DNA from: Lingula anatina
Lineage: Eukaryota > Animalia > Brachiopoda
Direction of reading: 5' to 3'
DNA: 64,000 nt
Assembly (NCBI GenBank): GCA_051362555.1
Contig: CM120642.1
Coordinates: 23,994,001-24,058,000, forward strand
Shown here: piece by piece, positions 36,760-49,225 of the stretch
How the letters are laid out: each line of letters starts with the position of its first letter
Numbering within the stretch: position 1 is the first letter of the stretch
Notes under the pieces: model-generated
Database searches by the model: none
What the model was told of the DNA's origin: nothing
What the model saw: only the letters and a program-made list of their open reading frames with translations
Program-made: the position numbers and the translations under genes

Positions 36760-39324
36760 GTAAGAACAACTCGACCATTGATTTTTATCCTTGCTGATAG
36801 TAACTTTATTTTTTTCTCAGTTCTTGAATATATGTAAGGATTCATACTCAGTGTGACAGTGGTGCTTGTGAAGATAAATATGTGATTGGTTTATGTAAGT
36901 TCGTGTAGCACTGAAACGTACTTGCACTGTGTTTTTTAAAGAAATAACTTGTCATTATTCATTATTAACTATGTTATTATTATGATCATCAAACACACGC
37001 GCGCGCGTTTATAAATATGTTTTAATTATTACATTTCAAGGACACACTCAACCATGTTGCCTGACTTTTGTGACAGATTATTTAACTGGTGGCTTAATAT
37101 CTCATTCCAGGACTGATATACTGGGAGAGCAATACGAAGAGGCTTGAAACAATATTAATTAATCAATTGAAGAATTGCCATTATCCAGTATTCAAAATGT
37201 TTCTTATTTGGACATACCAAACGGATCATGTATTTACAGAGATTTGGACTCGTATAAAGAAAGTTAGATAAATGCACATAATTTAAGAGGAAATAGGAAG
37301 TTTTATCAAAATGTTCGATCTGCTTTCATGAGTAATAAACGCATTTGCAATTCCAGTGGTGAGGTATTTTTAATTTTACTTTGATGTGTTTTTAGTAGTC
37401 ACATGCTGCAAGGGAGAAGGTTTCTGGTAAGTTCATTTTCATTTTTTCCAATCCATCCATGCGTAATTTATGTATCATGAGCCCATTCAACATTATTATT
37501 TGTTCAGTCAGTATAGCAATAACAATTTGGTGAGGTTTTTGAAACAACAGACGCGAAGAAAGAAAAAAATGCACACAAATAAAAGTAAACATCACAGCGA
37601 GAATTCCGAAAATGACGTAAGTGTAATGGAACTTAGATAATAAAAAAAAATTAGATCTACCTAAAGTTGACAATGCTTCAGTTTCCCTACTAAGTTTAAT
37701 TTACAGGCTTATCCGTTAAGGGCACACCCATGCCATCTTCCATTTGGCCTCTTCACCTCCAGTCTAACCGCAGTAGAGAGCCCGACACACATAGCACACT
37801 GGGGTAGTTGTGTTTTACTGCTGCTGAGTTACAATGCTACCAAATGTGCTAGATGAGAAAAAAGTGTCACTTCAAAATTAACCAACGCATTTTAAAGCAA
37901 TCTGTCCGCTGAAAGAGATGTGACTATTCTCTTCCTCATCTATTATATAATTACATGTAAATCCTTCAGATAAAACAACAGTGCTACATCAATATCATGA
38001 ATACCATTGCTAAAGAAAACAACATTAAATGAACTCATCATAGTGATACGTTTATTTTTTGTTCTACGTCGCAGCAACGTAGAAGCTTCAAAAGGAAAAT
38101 GTTTACAACTGACGTACGCAGAGCTAGGGTCCAGTGTCATAGATACCTAGGGATTTGACTGTAAGCTATATTAACTAGATAATGTGGGGGAATTGCTAGG
38201 ATACGCGATGGGGACCATAACCAGATTGAGCTTTGTTTTAAGTTTTTTTTTTTTTAATCTCTGACCTTCACTATTTGTCTTCATGCTTGTGAAGAGGTCG
38301 ACGAAGGTCATTGAATCAGATCTATTGAGTTGATGACTTATTGACAGGACGTGAAACAATAACTAATGAAGTTTGATCCCTACCTGATATAGTGAGACTT
38401 CCATGGTTCATTTCGACTGGATATATTCATAAAATGCGTGACATGATGACAGGGCATGCACGATCACACGTGTTACCTGATGCTTGCTATACGAAACGGC
38501 CACGCACATACTGATTTAATTAGAATTTCACTAATATTTTTTTTCTGTTTCAATTGCACCTATAGAAGAGCAATGTGTCAAAATAATTATTAAACCTTAA
38601 GCTGAGTTTTGAATCATATCTCAAACGCCAGTTTCTTTGAAAGCAACCAAATATGCAATGGCGGTGTTTTGTTATCGAATCTATTTTTTAAAATGTTAAT
38701 TTCATTCTCTGACGTAAACAGTGGAAATATCAATGTTGGTCGAGCTGTATCGACACAGCATACCGCTCAATGTGGGAAGGACCAATAGAACATTGGATTC
38801 CAAACACAGAAGGGCCGAAATGTTACATTTTTTTAAACAAAAATGGGTAAAATCATCTGAAATTAAGTTCTTTTAGTAGCAAGTTTTGAAAAAAAAAAAA
38901 AAAAACATTGCCCCCCTCCCCGGTCCGGATCACATCATTCCTAAGCCTGTAACGTATTATAAATTCAGACAAAAGTAGGCTATTGAATTTCACTTCGTTT
39001 TATTATAGGGAAATAGTAGTTATTAAGGAAATTAGGTTCCATTTACATAATTTTGTCCGAAAATATTATGCACAATAAGATATAAAATTATTATTTGTCT
39101 TATTCGTTCATCTTTACTGGGCATCTTCATTAAATGCGTGACATAATAACCGGCCATGCACGATCACAGGTGAAACCTGATGCTTGCTATAGGAAACGGC
39201 CGCGCATGCACTACCTGTATAGATTTTCACCGACAAGTTTTTCTGTTTCAATCGATACTTCTAGATAGCCATGCGTGAAGCACATCACTTATGCAGTGAT
39301 TATGAAGTTTATTTTCAAGAAACC

Positions 39325-39406
39325 TGTATGTGTGTGTGTGCGTGCATGTGTGTGTGTGTGCGTGTGTGTGTGCGTGCATGCATGCATGTGTGCATGTGTG
39401 TGTGTG
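39325..39406. repeat. Imperfect (TG)n microsatellite
   Basis: Direct reading. Confidence 0.9.
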
Positions 39407-40958
39407 GGTGACCTGTGCAACGTCAAATATCCAGGAAATGGGGTTTGTGTAGTAGAGCTACTCTTTACTATGCAGAGAATCAAGTGCTGGGATATGCAAT
39501 GGCTACCCTTCGGCAACACTGCGGGAGCTCTGATCTTCACTGTTTCTTTTAATGTTATTTGAAAAGGTCGACGAAGGCCATTGGATCAGATCTGTTGAGT
39601 GGATGACTTATTGACAGGACATGAAACAATAGTACATGAAGCTTGATTCTTGCCTGATATTGTGAGACTTCCACGGTTCATCTTTACTGGATTTATCAGC
39701 TCTTTGGAAAATATTTTGCGTAAATAAAAACTGATAGAAAATGCGTGACACTATGACAGGGCATGCACAATCACACATGTTGCCTTATCCTTGATTTACG
39801 AAACGACCACGCATGTTTTGCTTCCATCAGAATTTCACCGATTACTTGTTTTGTTTTACTTTACACGGTAATTTTATCAAAAAATGTAATTTATTAAAAT
39901 TGTACATATTAAAAAGAACATTAGTTCCCTAGAAAGCAACCAGATATGCATTGGCAGTGGTTAACTTTGCCTCGTTTTTATTTTAAAAAATCGGCAACAT
40001 TTCGGGAGCTCTGATCTTCACTCTTTCTTTTAATATTATTTAAAAAGGTCGACGAAGGTCATTGGATCAGATCTATTAAGTGGATGACTTATTGACAGAA
40101 CATGAAACAATAGTACATGAAGCTTGATTCTTGCCTGATATAGTGAGATTTCCAAGGTTCATCTTTACTGGATTTATCAGTTCTTTGGAAAATATTTTGT
40201 GTAAATAAAAACTGATAGAAAAATGCGTGACACTATGACAGGGCATGCACAATCACACATGTTGCCTAATCCTTGCTTTACGAAACGACCACGCATGTTT
40301 TGCTTCCATCAGAATTTCACCGATTACTTGTTTTGTTTCACTTTATTAAGATTTAACAGTAATTGTATCAAAATAAGTAATTTATAAAAACTGAGCATAT
40401 TAAAAAGAACGTTAGTTCCCGAGAAAGCAATTAGATATGCATTGGCCGTCGTTTCTTTTGCCTCGTATTTATTTAAAATATTGTTATTTTTACATGCTTT
40501 CATATAATAAGTTACGACATCCTTGTTGGTACAGCTGTACATGTATTAATAATGTAAAAATCCACTGAAATTAGTTCTCTAAGTAATAAAATTTTAAAAA
40601 AGACCTGACCCAGACAGTGCCATAGATAACCAGTGAATGGGATTTCTGAGAGTGAGCTACATTTATTATATAATGTGGAGAATTGCTGGAATATGCAGGG
40701 GGGGGGGGGGACAACCAGAGTGGGCTTTGTTTTTAATTTTGGGTTTTGAAATTTTGAGCTCTACTGTCTGTGAAGAGGTCGACAAAGGTCATTGGATCAG
40801 GTCTACTGAGTGGATGACTAATCGACAGGACATGAAACTATTAATCGTAGCTTGGTCCCTCCTTATATATAGTAAGACTTCGATGATTCATCTTTGCTGA
40901 CATACTGTATTTATAGAATGGGTGACGTAATGACAGTGAACGCACGATCATATGTGTA

Positions 40959-41196
40959 GGGGAGACCGGGGCTAGTTGGACCCAGGGGTAAGTTGGAGCC
41001 CCATCAATTTATGAGAAAGTAACTATGGGGTAAAAGAATTGATCACATCATTTTGTAAAGTGTCCGTGTCCAATTGTGCTAAGAAAGCGTCGGCAGTGAG
41101 TCCAAATGAAATAATTTAGCATCTTAAAGTAAAATTATTAAAGAGACTTGATTGGGGGCCAACTTACCCTGGGGTCCAACCAGCCTCGGTCTCCCC
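40959..41196. mobile_element. TA-flanked MITE (Tc1/mariner/pogo type) inserted in one array core
   Basis: TIRs GGGGAGACCGGGGCTAGTTGGACCCAGGGGTAAGTTGG / CCAACTTACCCTGGGGTCCAACCAGCCTCGGTCTCCCC; TA duplicated; other cores have the empty site GTGTAACCT. Confidence 0.85.
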
Positions 41197-44100
41197 TAAT
41201 CGAATCCTTACTGATCCGAGCGCATTTTCATTGAATAAGATTTTTACTGATAATTTGCTCTGTCTTAATTCATTGAGCCTATACATAAAAGGAATGTTTC
41301 ACAAAACTGAATTTAAAAACGCAAGTTTCTGCGAAAGCTACCAAATATACAATGGTGATGTTTTTTATAGCGAATTTATTCTTAAAAAATGTTTATTACA
41401 TTCTCTAACGTAAACAGTGGTAACATCAATGTTGGTCGAGCTGTATCGACACAGCATACCGCCCAATGTGGGAAGGACCAATAGAACATTGGACTCCAAA
41501 CACCGAAGGGCCGAAATATTACGATTTTTTAAAACAAAAATGGGTAAAATCGTCTAAAATTAAGTTCTCTTAGTAATACGTTTTGAAAAAAGACATCCCC
41601 CCCGTCCGGATTACATCTAGGGATTTCCAAGCCTGTAACGTAATATACATTCAGGCATAAGTAGGCAATTGGATTTCACTTAGTTTGAGATAGTAGTTAT
41701 TAAGGAATATTGGTTCCATTTACATAATTTTGGCCGAAAATATTATGCACAGTAAGATATATAATTATTATTTGTCTTATTTGTTCATCTTTACTGGGCA
41801 TCTTCATTAAATGCGTGACAAAATGACAGGGTATGCACGATCTCAGGTGTAACCTGATGCCTGATATACGAAACAGCCGCGCGTACACTGCTTGAATTGG
41901 TTTTTCACCTATAAGTTTTCTGTTTCAACCTATTGGATCTTAAGCAGAGAGTTGTGTCATAGCAACAGTTATAAGGTCGGCATTTTCTTAGAGAGCAACC
42001 AAATATGTAATGGTGCCCGATCAGTTTGTCTCCAATTAATTTTGAAAAAGTGTTGTTTTTACAATCCTCCATATAAAGCTTAGTGGCATCAGTTTTGTTG
42101 ATAGGCCTAAACTGTGTGATATGCACTGCAACAGGGACTTAAAAATAACGGTAGCCTATACTTAATGTTTTCCACCTCGCTACAGCGGGCTTGCGATTAC
42201 ATGTAGAAAATTTTGGTGAGAATGGGCAGGGGGAAACAGGGGCTTAAAACAGTTTTCCTATCTGAACGTTGCATATTTTCTCGTTGTGTTTACGCATATT
42301 TCTATCTTCACTGTTTGTTTTAATGTTATTTGTAAAGGTCGACGAAGGTCATTGGATTAGATCTTTTGAGTGGATGACTTATTGACAGGACATGAAACAA
42401 TAGTATATGAAGTTTGATCCCTACCTGATATAGTGAGACTTCCACGGTTAATCTTTACTGGATACATTAAGAAAACGCATGACATAATGACAGGGCATGA
42501 ACGATCACACACGTTACATGATGCTTGCAATACGAAACGACCACGAGTGGTTTTATTCAATCTGCATTTCGCCGACTTTATTTATTTCTTAATTGAACAA
42601 TTTATTGAGAGTTTGATCAAAATGAGCAATTTATGAAAACAATTTTAGCGCGTTGTTCATATTGAAAAGAACGCTAGCTCTAGAGAAAAAAAAACAGATA
42701 TGCATTGGCAGTGGTTTCTTTTGCCTTGTATTTGCCTCGACCAAAGGGCCCAAACATCATACTTTATTGGCATAATATGTAAAAAATCGACTGAAATCAA
42801 GTTGTATTAGTAATAAATTTTCAAAAAAAAAAAAAAAAGAAGACCTTGCCCCCTGTCAGGTTCACATCTAAGGGCTTCCAAGTCAGTAACGTATTGTAGA
42901 TTCAGACAAATAAGTGATGGGATATCGCTTCGATTTATTACAGGAAATAGTAGATATAAAGAAAAAAATAAGTTTCATTAAAAAAAATAAAGGCTGTCCG
43001 CAAATATTATGAACACAATAAGAATTTTTTTCTTTTTCTTTACTCCAATGCTCATCTTTACTGAATATATTGTGCGTAGCATAATGACAGGGTATGCACA
43101 CGTGCAACATGATACGAAACGACAGCGCTTATTTTGATTGAATTACCCGGTAGATTTTTGCCGATAATTTATTCTGTTCCAATCATATTAGAGCGTTCTG
43201 TCATGATAAAAAAATGCATTATTCTGCAAAAGCAGCCAAATATGTAATAATGTTCGTTTGTTTTGTCTCGTTTTTATCATGAAAAAAATTACTTTTTACA
43301 TTATCTCACGTTGAGAGGTAAGTCATTAGTGTTGGCGGTAGTGTGAAACTGTGTGATATTAAGTAGATAATTCTGCCATAATAGAATAAAACACTTTTCT
43401 GCCTGACTGTTACGTAAGAGAGTCACCTACAGCCACCGCGCCCTACGGGTCCAATTAATAAAGTTTTGCGACGTGGTTATTTTTAGTAACACCACGGATT
43501 ATGCACGCTGGCTCCGCAAGGTGTTGCCTGTGGACGCCGGGCATTTCAGTGACCAGACAAAACTGTGTTATAGAATTAACAAGCAAAATGATATTTCGAT
43601 AAATCATTGTTAAAATCATTCAACTGAAGAATGCTTAGAGATGCCCAGTAGTCACTATTGGAACTAAATAAACTGAATGGTTTTGAAAGTAAGCAGTTGA
43701 TGTCTTTTTGGTTTTGAAGCATAATAATAATAATATATTGTGCAATCTATTTTTCCGTGACTTTTTTGATTTATAGAATTTCCCCTTTGCTCATTTAGGA
43801 AATTTTGTAAACATTGCTTAACTATCTCGATATTAAAGCAAAGAACGACAGAATGAAATGATTTGTTCTGACCGTATGCTTTATTAATCCATTCCATTCA
43901 TGGTCACCAGCAGTTGGTTCTCTGATACACAAAACAAAGACTTTCTAACTTGCCTGAAACTTTGTAAAGAAAGTGACTGTTTCACCCACCGTGCCGTATT
44001 TATTGTTCATGAGTCTGTACTTGATTCCAGTATAACTGAATATCTGTTTTATTTACATGCGTTGCCGAAGCCTTAAACAGCATTCCAAGCGGCAAACAGA

Positions 44101-44584
44101 ACAATAAATGATATTTGTGCAATATATACTCACAATTATGCAGTGTATTAAATAAGAAAATATGCAATTTTTATATCGAGTACAAAAATCTTCATTTAGG
44201 TCTGGGTAGAAGAGCCATGCTTTTTGTCACTGTTGCCATAATATAATATATAAGCGGGATAAGAGATTATTACAAAGGATAGTCATTTATGGAGGCCACG
44301 TTGTCAAGCACAGATTCTAGAATAATTGCGGTAAAATAGAATTGATAATTGAATATTTGTTTACAATGTACTCATGCTGAAATATGAATCTCATATATTG
44401 TACGAAGAGTTGCTATCCATTTGAGTTCAATGACAAAGTGCAAAGTTTATTATGCATTTTTGAATAATAATAATAAACTAATAGGCCACTGAGCCCATTA
44501 TACGGTTGTCTAATCGTCATTCGGTCATCGTCGACTAAAGGTATATCTGCCGAAATCGGAAATGCGTGTTTAATCGTCAACTGT

Positions 44585-46301
44585 TCAGCCACGTGGAGTA
44601 ATCGCGCCCATGCGCACAAACAAACCAAAAACACACACTGCCAATGTCCACTGAATTGAACACTGATTACCCCCAGAAATCATGGTATTACCATGTATCG
44701 TCGTAGTTTCAACATTTGATCCAAGAGGTTTCTCCTCATTGGCGCAAGGACTTATTTTATCGCGGAGAACAGTAATTTGATAATCAACATTGCCAAACTC
44801 TATAAAAAGGGGATTCTTACGCAGCTCTATTTCAAGTTCATCTCGAAATGGTTCAAACATTTTAAAGCCTTCTCGATAACTTTTTATTTCTTTCCTCAAT
44901 CTCACCCGAGTGGTGAGTATTGCTGGGACACTAGAATTATGCCATTCCCTTTCCGTGTCATTAGCAGGCAGAACGGCACAGTGGCCGTGATGGGGGCTTA
45001 ACAGTAGCCATCTCGTACCAAGTATGGCAGAGATGGTTTGGGGAAGATTATGTAATAGTTTATTAATACCGCGCTTGAAAACCCGACAAACTCCACCAAC
45101 TTGCGTACTGTTGAGAGGACCATCGGCACTGAGTGCCAGCTTTAGAGGGAAATCCATATTAAAGATTGATAATATTGGTTTTGAGCATTGGTCTTTTTCG
45201 TCACCACAGATGTCCTGCAACAAAATTGAACACTGTTAAATATAGAAATCTAAGCAAATATATATTGAGTGATTTCTATACATAAACCCCTAAAATGTAC
45301 CAAACCGTAAATTGGACAGGCTCAAAATTTCTTGACACACATCAAATATCAAACATCAAGTTAATTATCACAATAATGTAACTATATATAGCCAAGGCAC
45401 TCATTAAAGCCACCGCATCACTGAAATTAGAAAACATTTTTTAAAAACTTATTGGTTTTAGGGACATTCTACATAAATACTGGTACATGTAATTTACTTA
45501 ACATTCTTTCAAGTTTTATTTAATCAAACAAGTAAAATCAATAGCTCAATGTTGAAACAATATATCAGGTTAAGGTACCACCTCGTCATAGACCATCTAG
45601 CGGCCGACAAGTTTATAAAACGTACCGTTTTTGCATTTTGTCTCCTAGTAAACGGAATTCATCTACACAACTAATATTACTACTACTTATACATGTGCAA
45701 TATATACTACTGTGCTGCTGTGATTTTCCAAAATTAACCTCATTCAGGGCACGTATAGTGAGTATATATATACTGCAAAGGTGTGCGATCTATTTTTGCA
45801 CAATCAGTTATTTCAGATATTATCAGCAATGTCTTTGATATACCATTGCACCTTTGTAAAGAAGAGTGCCCTTCATCGGCTTAAAACATTTTATTCAAAA
45901 TCTATTCGCGCACTGCACTTGGTTGTTCTTCCTAAGTGTATTTTTCTACACATATCTTGGTGATTTTATCTGCAGGGTTACAGAGCTACCCAAACCTACC
46001 GATATTGCTACACGTACATACACCCATGCACATGCATAAACGCTTTTTTAGCTACTTCAACAGGTAAAAATCACACTGATAACCTGTACCTGCCATCGTT
46101 ATTTTTATCAGCATAGTATTAGCCAGTAATAAGTAACCCAATAGCATCGTCTTAATAAGGAGAAATCTGTTTTTAACGATTTAGCACTTCAAAACAAACC
46201 ATCCTGAAAAGGGTCTAGCTTTCTTTGCACCTCACTTAGGCAGACCCCTACCGGCATCTCATCTTGGCTATACAATGAAACAGTATATCCATGTACATAT
46301 A

Positions 46302-46345
<44 letters not shown>

Positions 46346-46618
46346 TTACACGTGTGCCAACTGACCTGAATGTCCTCTTCGCTACAGGACTCTGAATTTG
46401 ATAATGGATTAATCAGCGCACCCAATCCAGATGGATCAAAGGACCTTACAGCACCTACAAATAAATCACGATAAAATCGTAATACAAAAACGGTGTATTG
46501 CATGCAGTAATTCATTGTGATGCCAATGTAACCAGAGTGACAAAGTCATATCTACACATCGCATTTTATCTGTTGGCAGATCCCTGGACTATCAAATGTT
46601 TCAGTTACTAGCTAATCT

Positions 46619-46672
<54 letters not shown>

Positions 46673-48120
46673 AAGAGAGAGAGAAAGATAGAACTGTCCC
46701 ATATAAGTCCTTGGTCTCCCATTTCACAGAATAAATTACATTTTGCAATATTATTACAGAAGCCGACGTCTTGCAATATATATTTTGTTGTAGACAATAT
46801 TTAAATAGAAGTAGCTATTAGATTTTTGTTTCATTGACATCTTTAACAGAAGTAGACAGACTAGCAATCAGAAATTGGACGGACAAACAAACCTAAATCT
46901 GAAGAACACGGCTCCACCCTGGGTGTGACGTCAATGCTGTATAGGCACTTCCAACAGAAAAGGTTTTTCAAGTAAGACTTTGATCCACTATCCAAAATAA
47001 TAGACGCTACCAATTGAAGCCCAGATGAGCAAAGTTCTTTGTGTGTAGGGTCAGCGTTTTTGTTACAATGATTTTCAGTAACCCTCTGCGAGTTTCCTAC
47101 ACGGATTCCTCCATGTGGAAAACACCGTCTTCCAGGAATGGTTGCTGGTGGCTCAAAATAAAGCATGCAGCCGCGGTTCTCCCTAACACCCTTCAATACA
47201 TCAGCTGTGCGAGTCATTGCACTGATATTCAATGCGGTACTGGTCACAGGGTTGTTGCAAGTTACGATAGGGGACCAATTTTCGTGCTTTTCAAAATTGT
47301 GGCACATTGCACAGTACCTATTTCGGAATGTCAGTTTTGTGACAGGATCAGATACGGGCAGATGGCGCTCAATGTCACTGGTACCACTGCTATTTTCACA
47401 TCTGTCTCGTATTGTTTCATTTAGCCAGGTGGATGGACATGATGTTACCATCCAGTAGGATTTACTGCTTATACCTCTCAAAGACCTAGAGTCAAGGGAT
47501 TGCAATATGCAGTCAATGTTATTTCGTCGAATATCTATCTCATTAGATAGCGCTGCGTGCTCATCATCTGTTGAACTTTTGTTGCAATGGTGGTATGGCT
47601 CACAGCAATCCTCAAAAATGTCGCAAAACCCGTCGCAGTTGCAAAATACTTGTACAAAGGCAAATCCATGAGGTCCTCTCGCACAAAAGGTTTTTGATGA
47701 AGTTATATTAAAAGATGTCCCGTTCCAGGGGTTTGACATAACGCTTAGTTCGTTTGTATTTAGTGATGATGTGGTTTCATCCCCAATCTGTGTAATGCCA
47801 CCTTGGAGTGTGGGCAGGGCAGTTGTTGCGTTCCAAGGGAAAGCCTTCCCTCCAGTTGACTTATCTTGGTCAGTGAACAGTGGAGTCGTGGCTCCCGTAT
47901 ACCCTTCAGCTCTTCTGTAATATGCGCTGGTGGAAACCTCCTGTTCTCGTTTCGAATCCAATGGTGTTGTTTTAGGGACAGCCATAGTAGCGTTATGTGG
48001 GTACGTTAGGTTGGTGAAGGTTTTGTTCGCTGGAACAGCTGCCAAAACATCGTTGCATTGCCAAAATACCACCGAGATGACGAGAAGAGAAATAATTTTG
48101 CAAATCTTTAAATCATCCAT
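44585..48120 (-). CDS. Secreted/surface Cys-rich protein with a somatomedin-B-like domain and probable GPI-type C-terminus, ~648 aa
   Basis: Exons 48120-46893, 46454-46366, 45214-44585 (1947 nt, phases consistent). Signal peptide, Thr/Ser-rich stalk, CNCDGFCDIFEDCC, then YWMVTSCP...PVSDPVTKLTFRNRYCAMCH and YLKNLFCWKC; hydrophobic tail WTLAVCVFGLFV. Confidence 0.75.
46304..46339. repeat. (GA)n microsatellite; another at 46622-46685
   Basis: Direct reading. Confidence 0.95.
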
Positions 48121-49225
48121 AATGAAACCCGACTTGGAAAAAATTCAAAAGCAGAAACAATGGTGCGAGCTCTCTGCTTTTCTGATTTACTACTCTGAAC
48201 TTTCTTCAGCGCAGTTTCTTACTTCACATACCTGAACGCTTTAAATATAACTTTCCTACCTGAATACCCCGCCCATTACCCTGTTTTGAACCCGTAGATT
48301 GCAAAACCCTAGCTTCCATAGTCAGACTGGTAGTTCTTTTTGATTGGGCGATTGCGTTGTCTTGAAGCTGCATGTAGACTCTGATCTTCGGCTGCCTGCA
48401 CTCGTGATTGGCACATCTTATAATTTCTTTGCAAAGCAGGTGTATGCGATCAGTTTACTCTTTTTGGTGGGTTCTAGAACTAAGGAGTATTTGTAATGAT
48501 CTTTAACAAGAACCCGAGACGTAATTTGTATTTTAATAAAAGTTAAATAACAGAAATTAAAGGGAATCAAGTCACTTGTTAAATTACGTAATTACCAATC
48601 ATATATTGACAATAAGGCTCAAATGTCCATTTTTGCAAATTTTGGTGACTTAAGCGCCCTCTATCAATGTCATGACCCATTGGTTTTATAGGACGACCAC
48701 CCAGAAATAAACTGTCATACATTTGACCATCATACCTCAGTGTCAATCCGAGTATAGATTGCCGAGGAATTAAAAATACTTTATAAGCCTCTTTTCAGGA
48801 TCAACGTCTAGTCTATAAACACCATTATTATATCAAATGTGCCTTACTCATTTTTTCAAGGATTTTACTGGAATATATCGCGTATGTCAAGCAGTCACAA
48901 GTACACAAATGTAGAAGTAAAAGACTAAAATACAAAATTTGTGACTGCTTGACTACGAAAGAAAGGTTTTGTAATGTATATGGTAAATGGACGTATGTAT
49001 ATATATGCAAAATTAACAAGTTCGTTTACTAGCTGTCATCTTTTTTATTTATTTATTTATTTTTGTAATCCCGTTATTGATAAACACACCAATTGACAAA
49101 ACGTTTACAGTTAACTTATTTGTATGTTTGTATATATTGTAATGTGTTGTATTGTGTTTGTATATGCCTAAAAACTTTTTTGATGTGCTAAATTGGATAC
49201 AATGTTTGCCTTGAGTCCTATTTGT

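Larger units (their letters stand above)
38290..43330. repeat. Block 1 of a complex tandem array (~700-bp ancestral unit, ~250-bp conserved core)
   Basis: Full cores start at ~38291, 39561, 40041, 40772, 42331 (GAAGAGGTCGACGAAGGTCATTGGATCAGATCT...). Half cores start at ~39106, 41783, 43050. Confidence 0.9.

Noticed and set aside
38476-38505. Hammerhead ribozyme (CTGATGC...CGAAAC)
   Set aside because: The core is CUGAUGC rather than CUGAUGA, with no convincing stem II or III, and the motif is not kept across copies.
38544-38553. CTGTTTCA resembling the nematode piRNA Ruby motif in several cores
   Set aside because: An 8-mer in AT-rich DNA inherited by duplication; gene structure does not look nematode-like.
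41620-41629. kappaB-like site GGGATTTCC
   Set aside because: Not conserved at homologous array positions; expected by chance.
46189-46265. Extra exon DEMPVGVCL... for the SMB gene
   Set aside because: No AG acceptor in the required phase; the exon at 45214 fits phase 0 directly.
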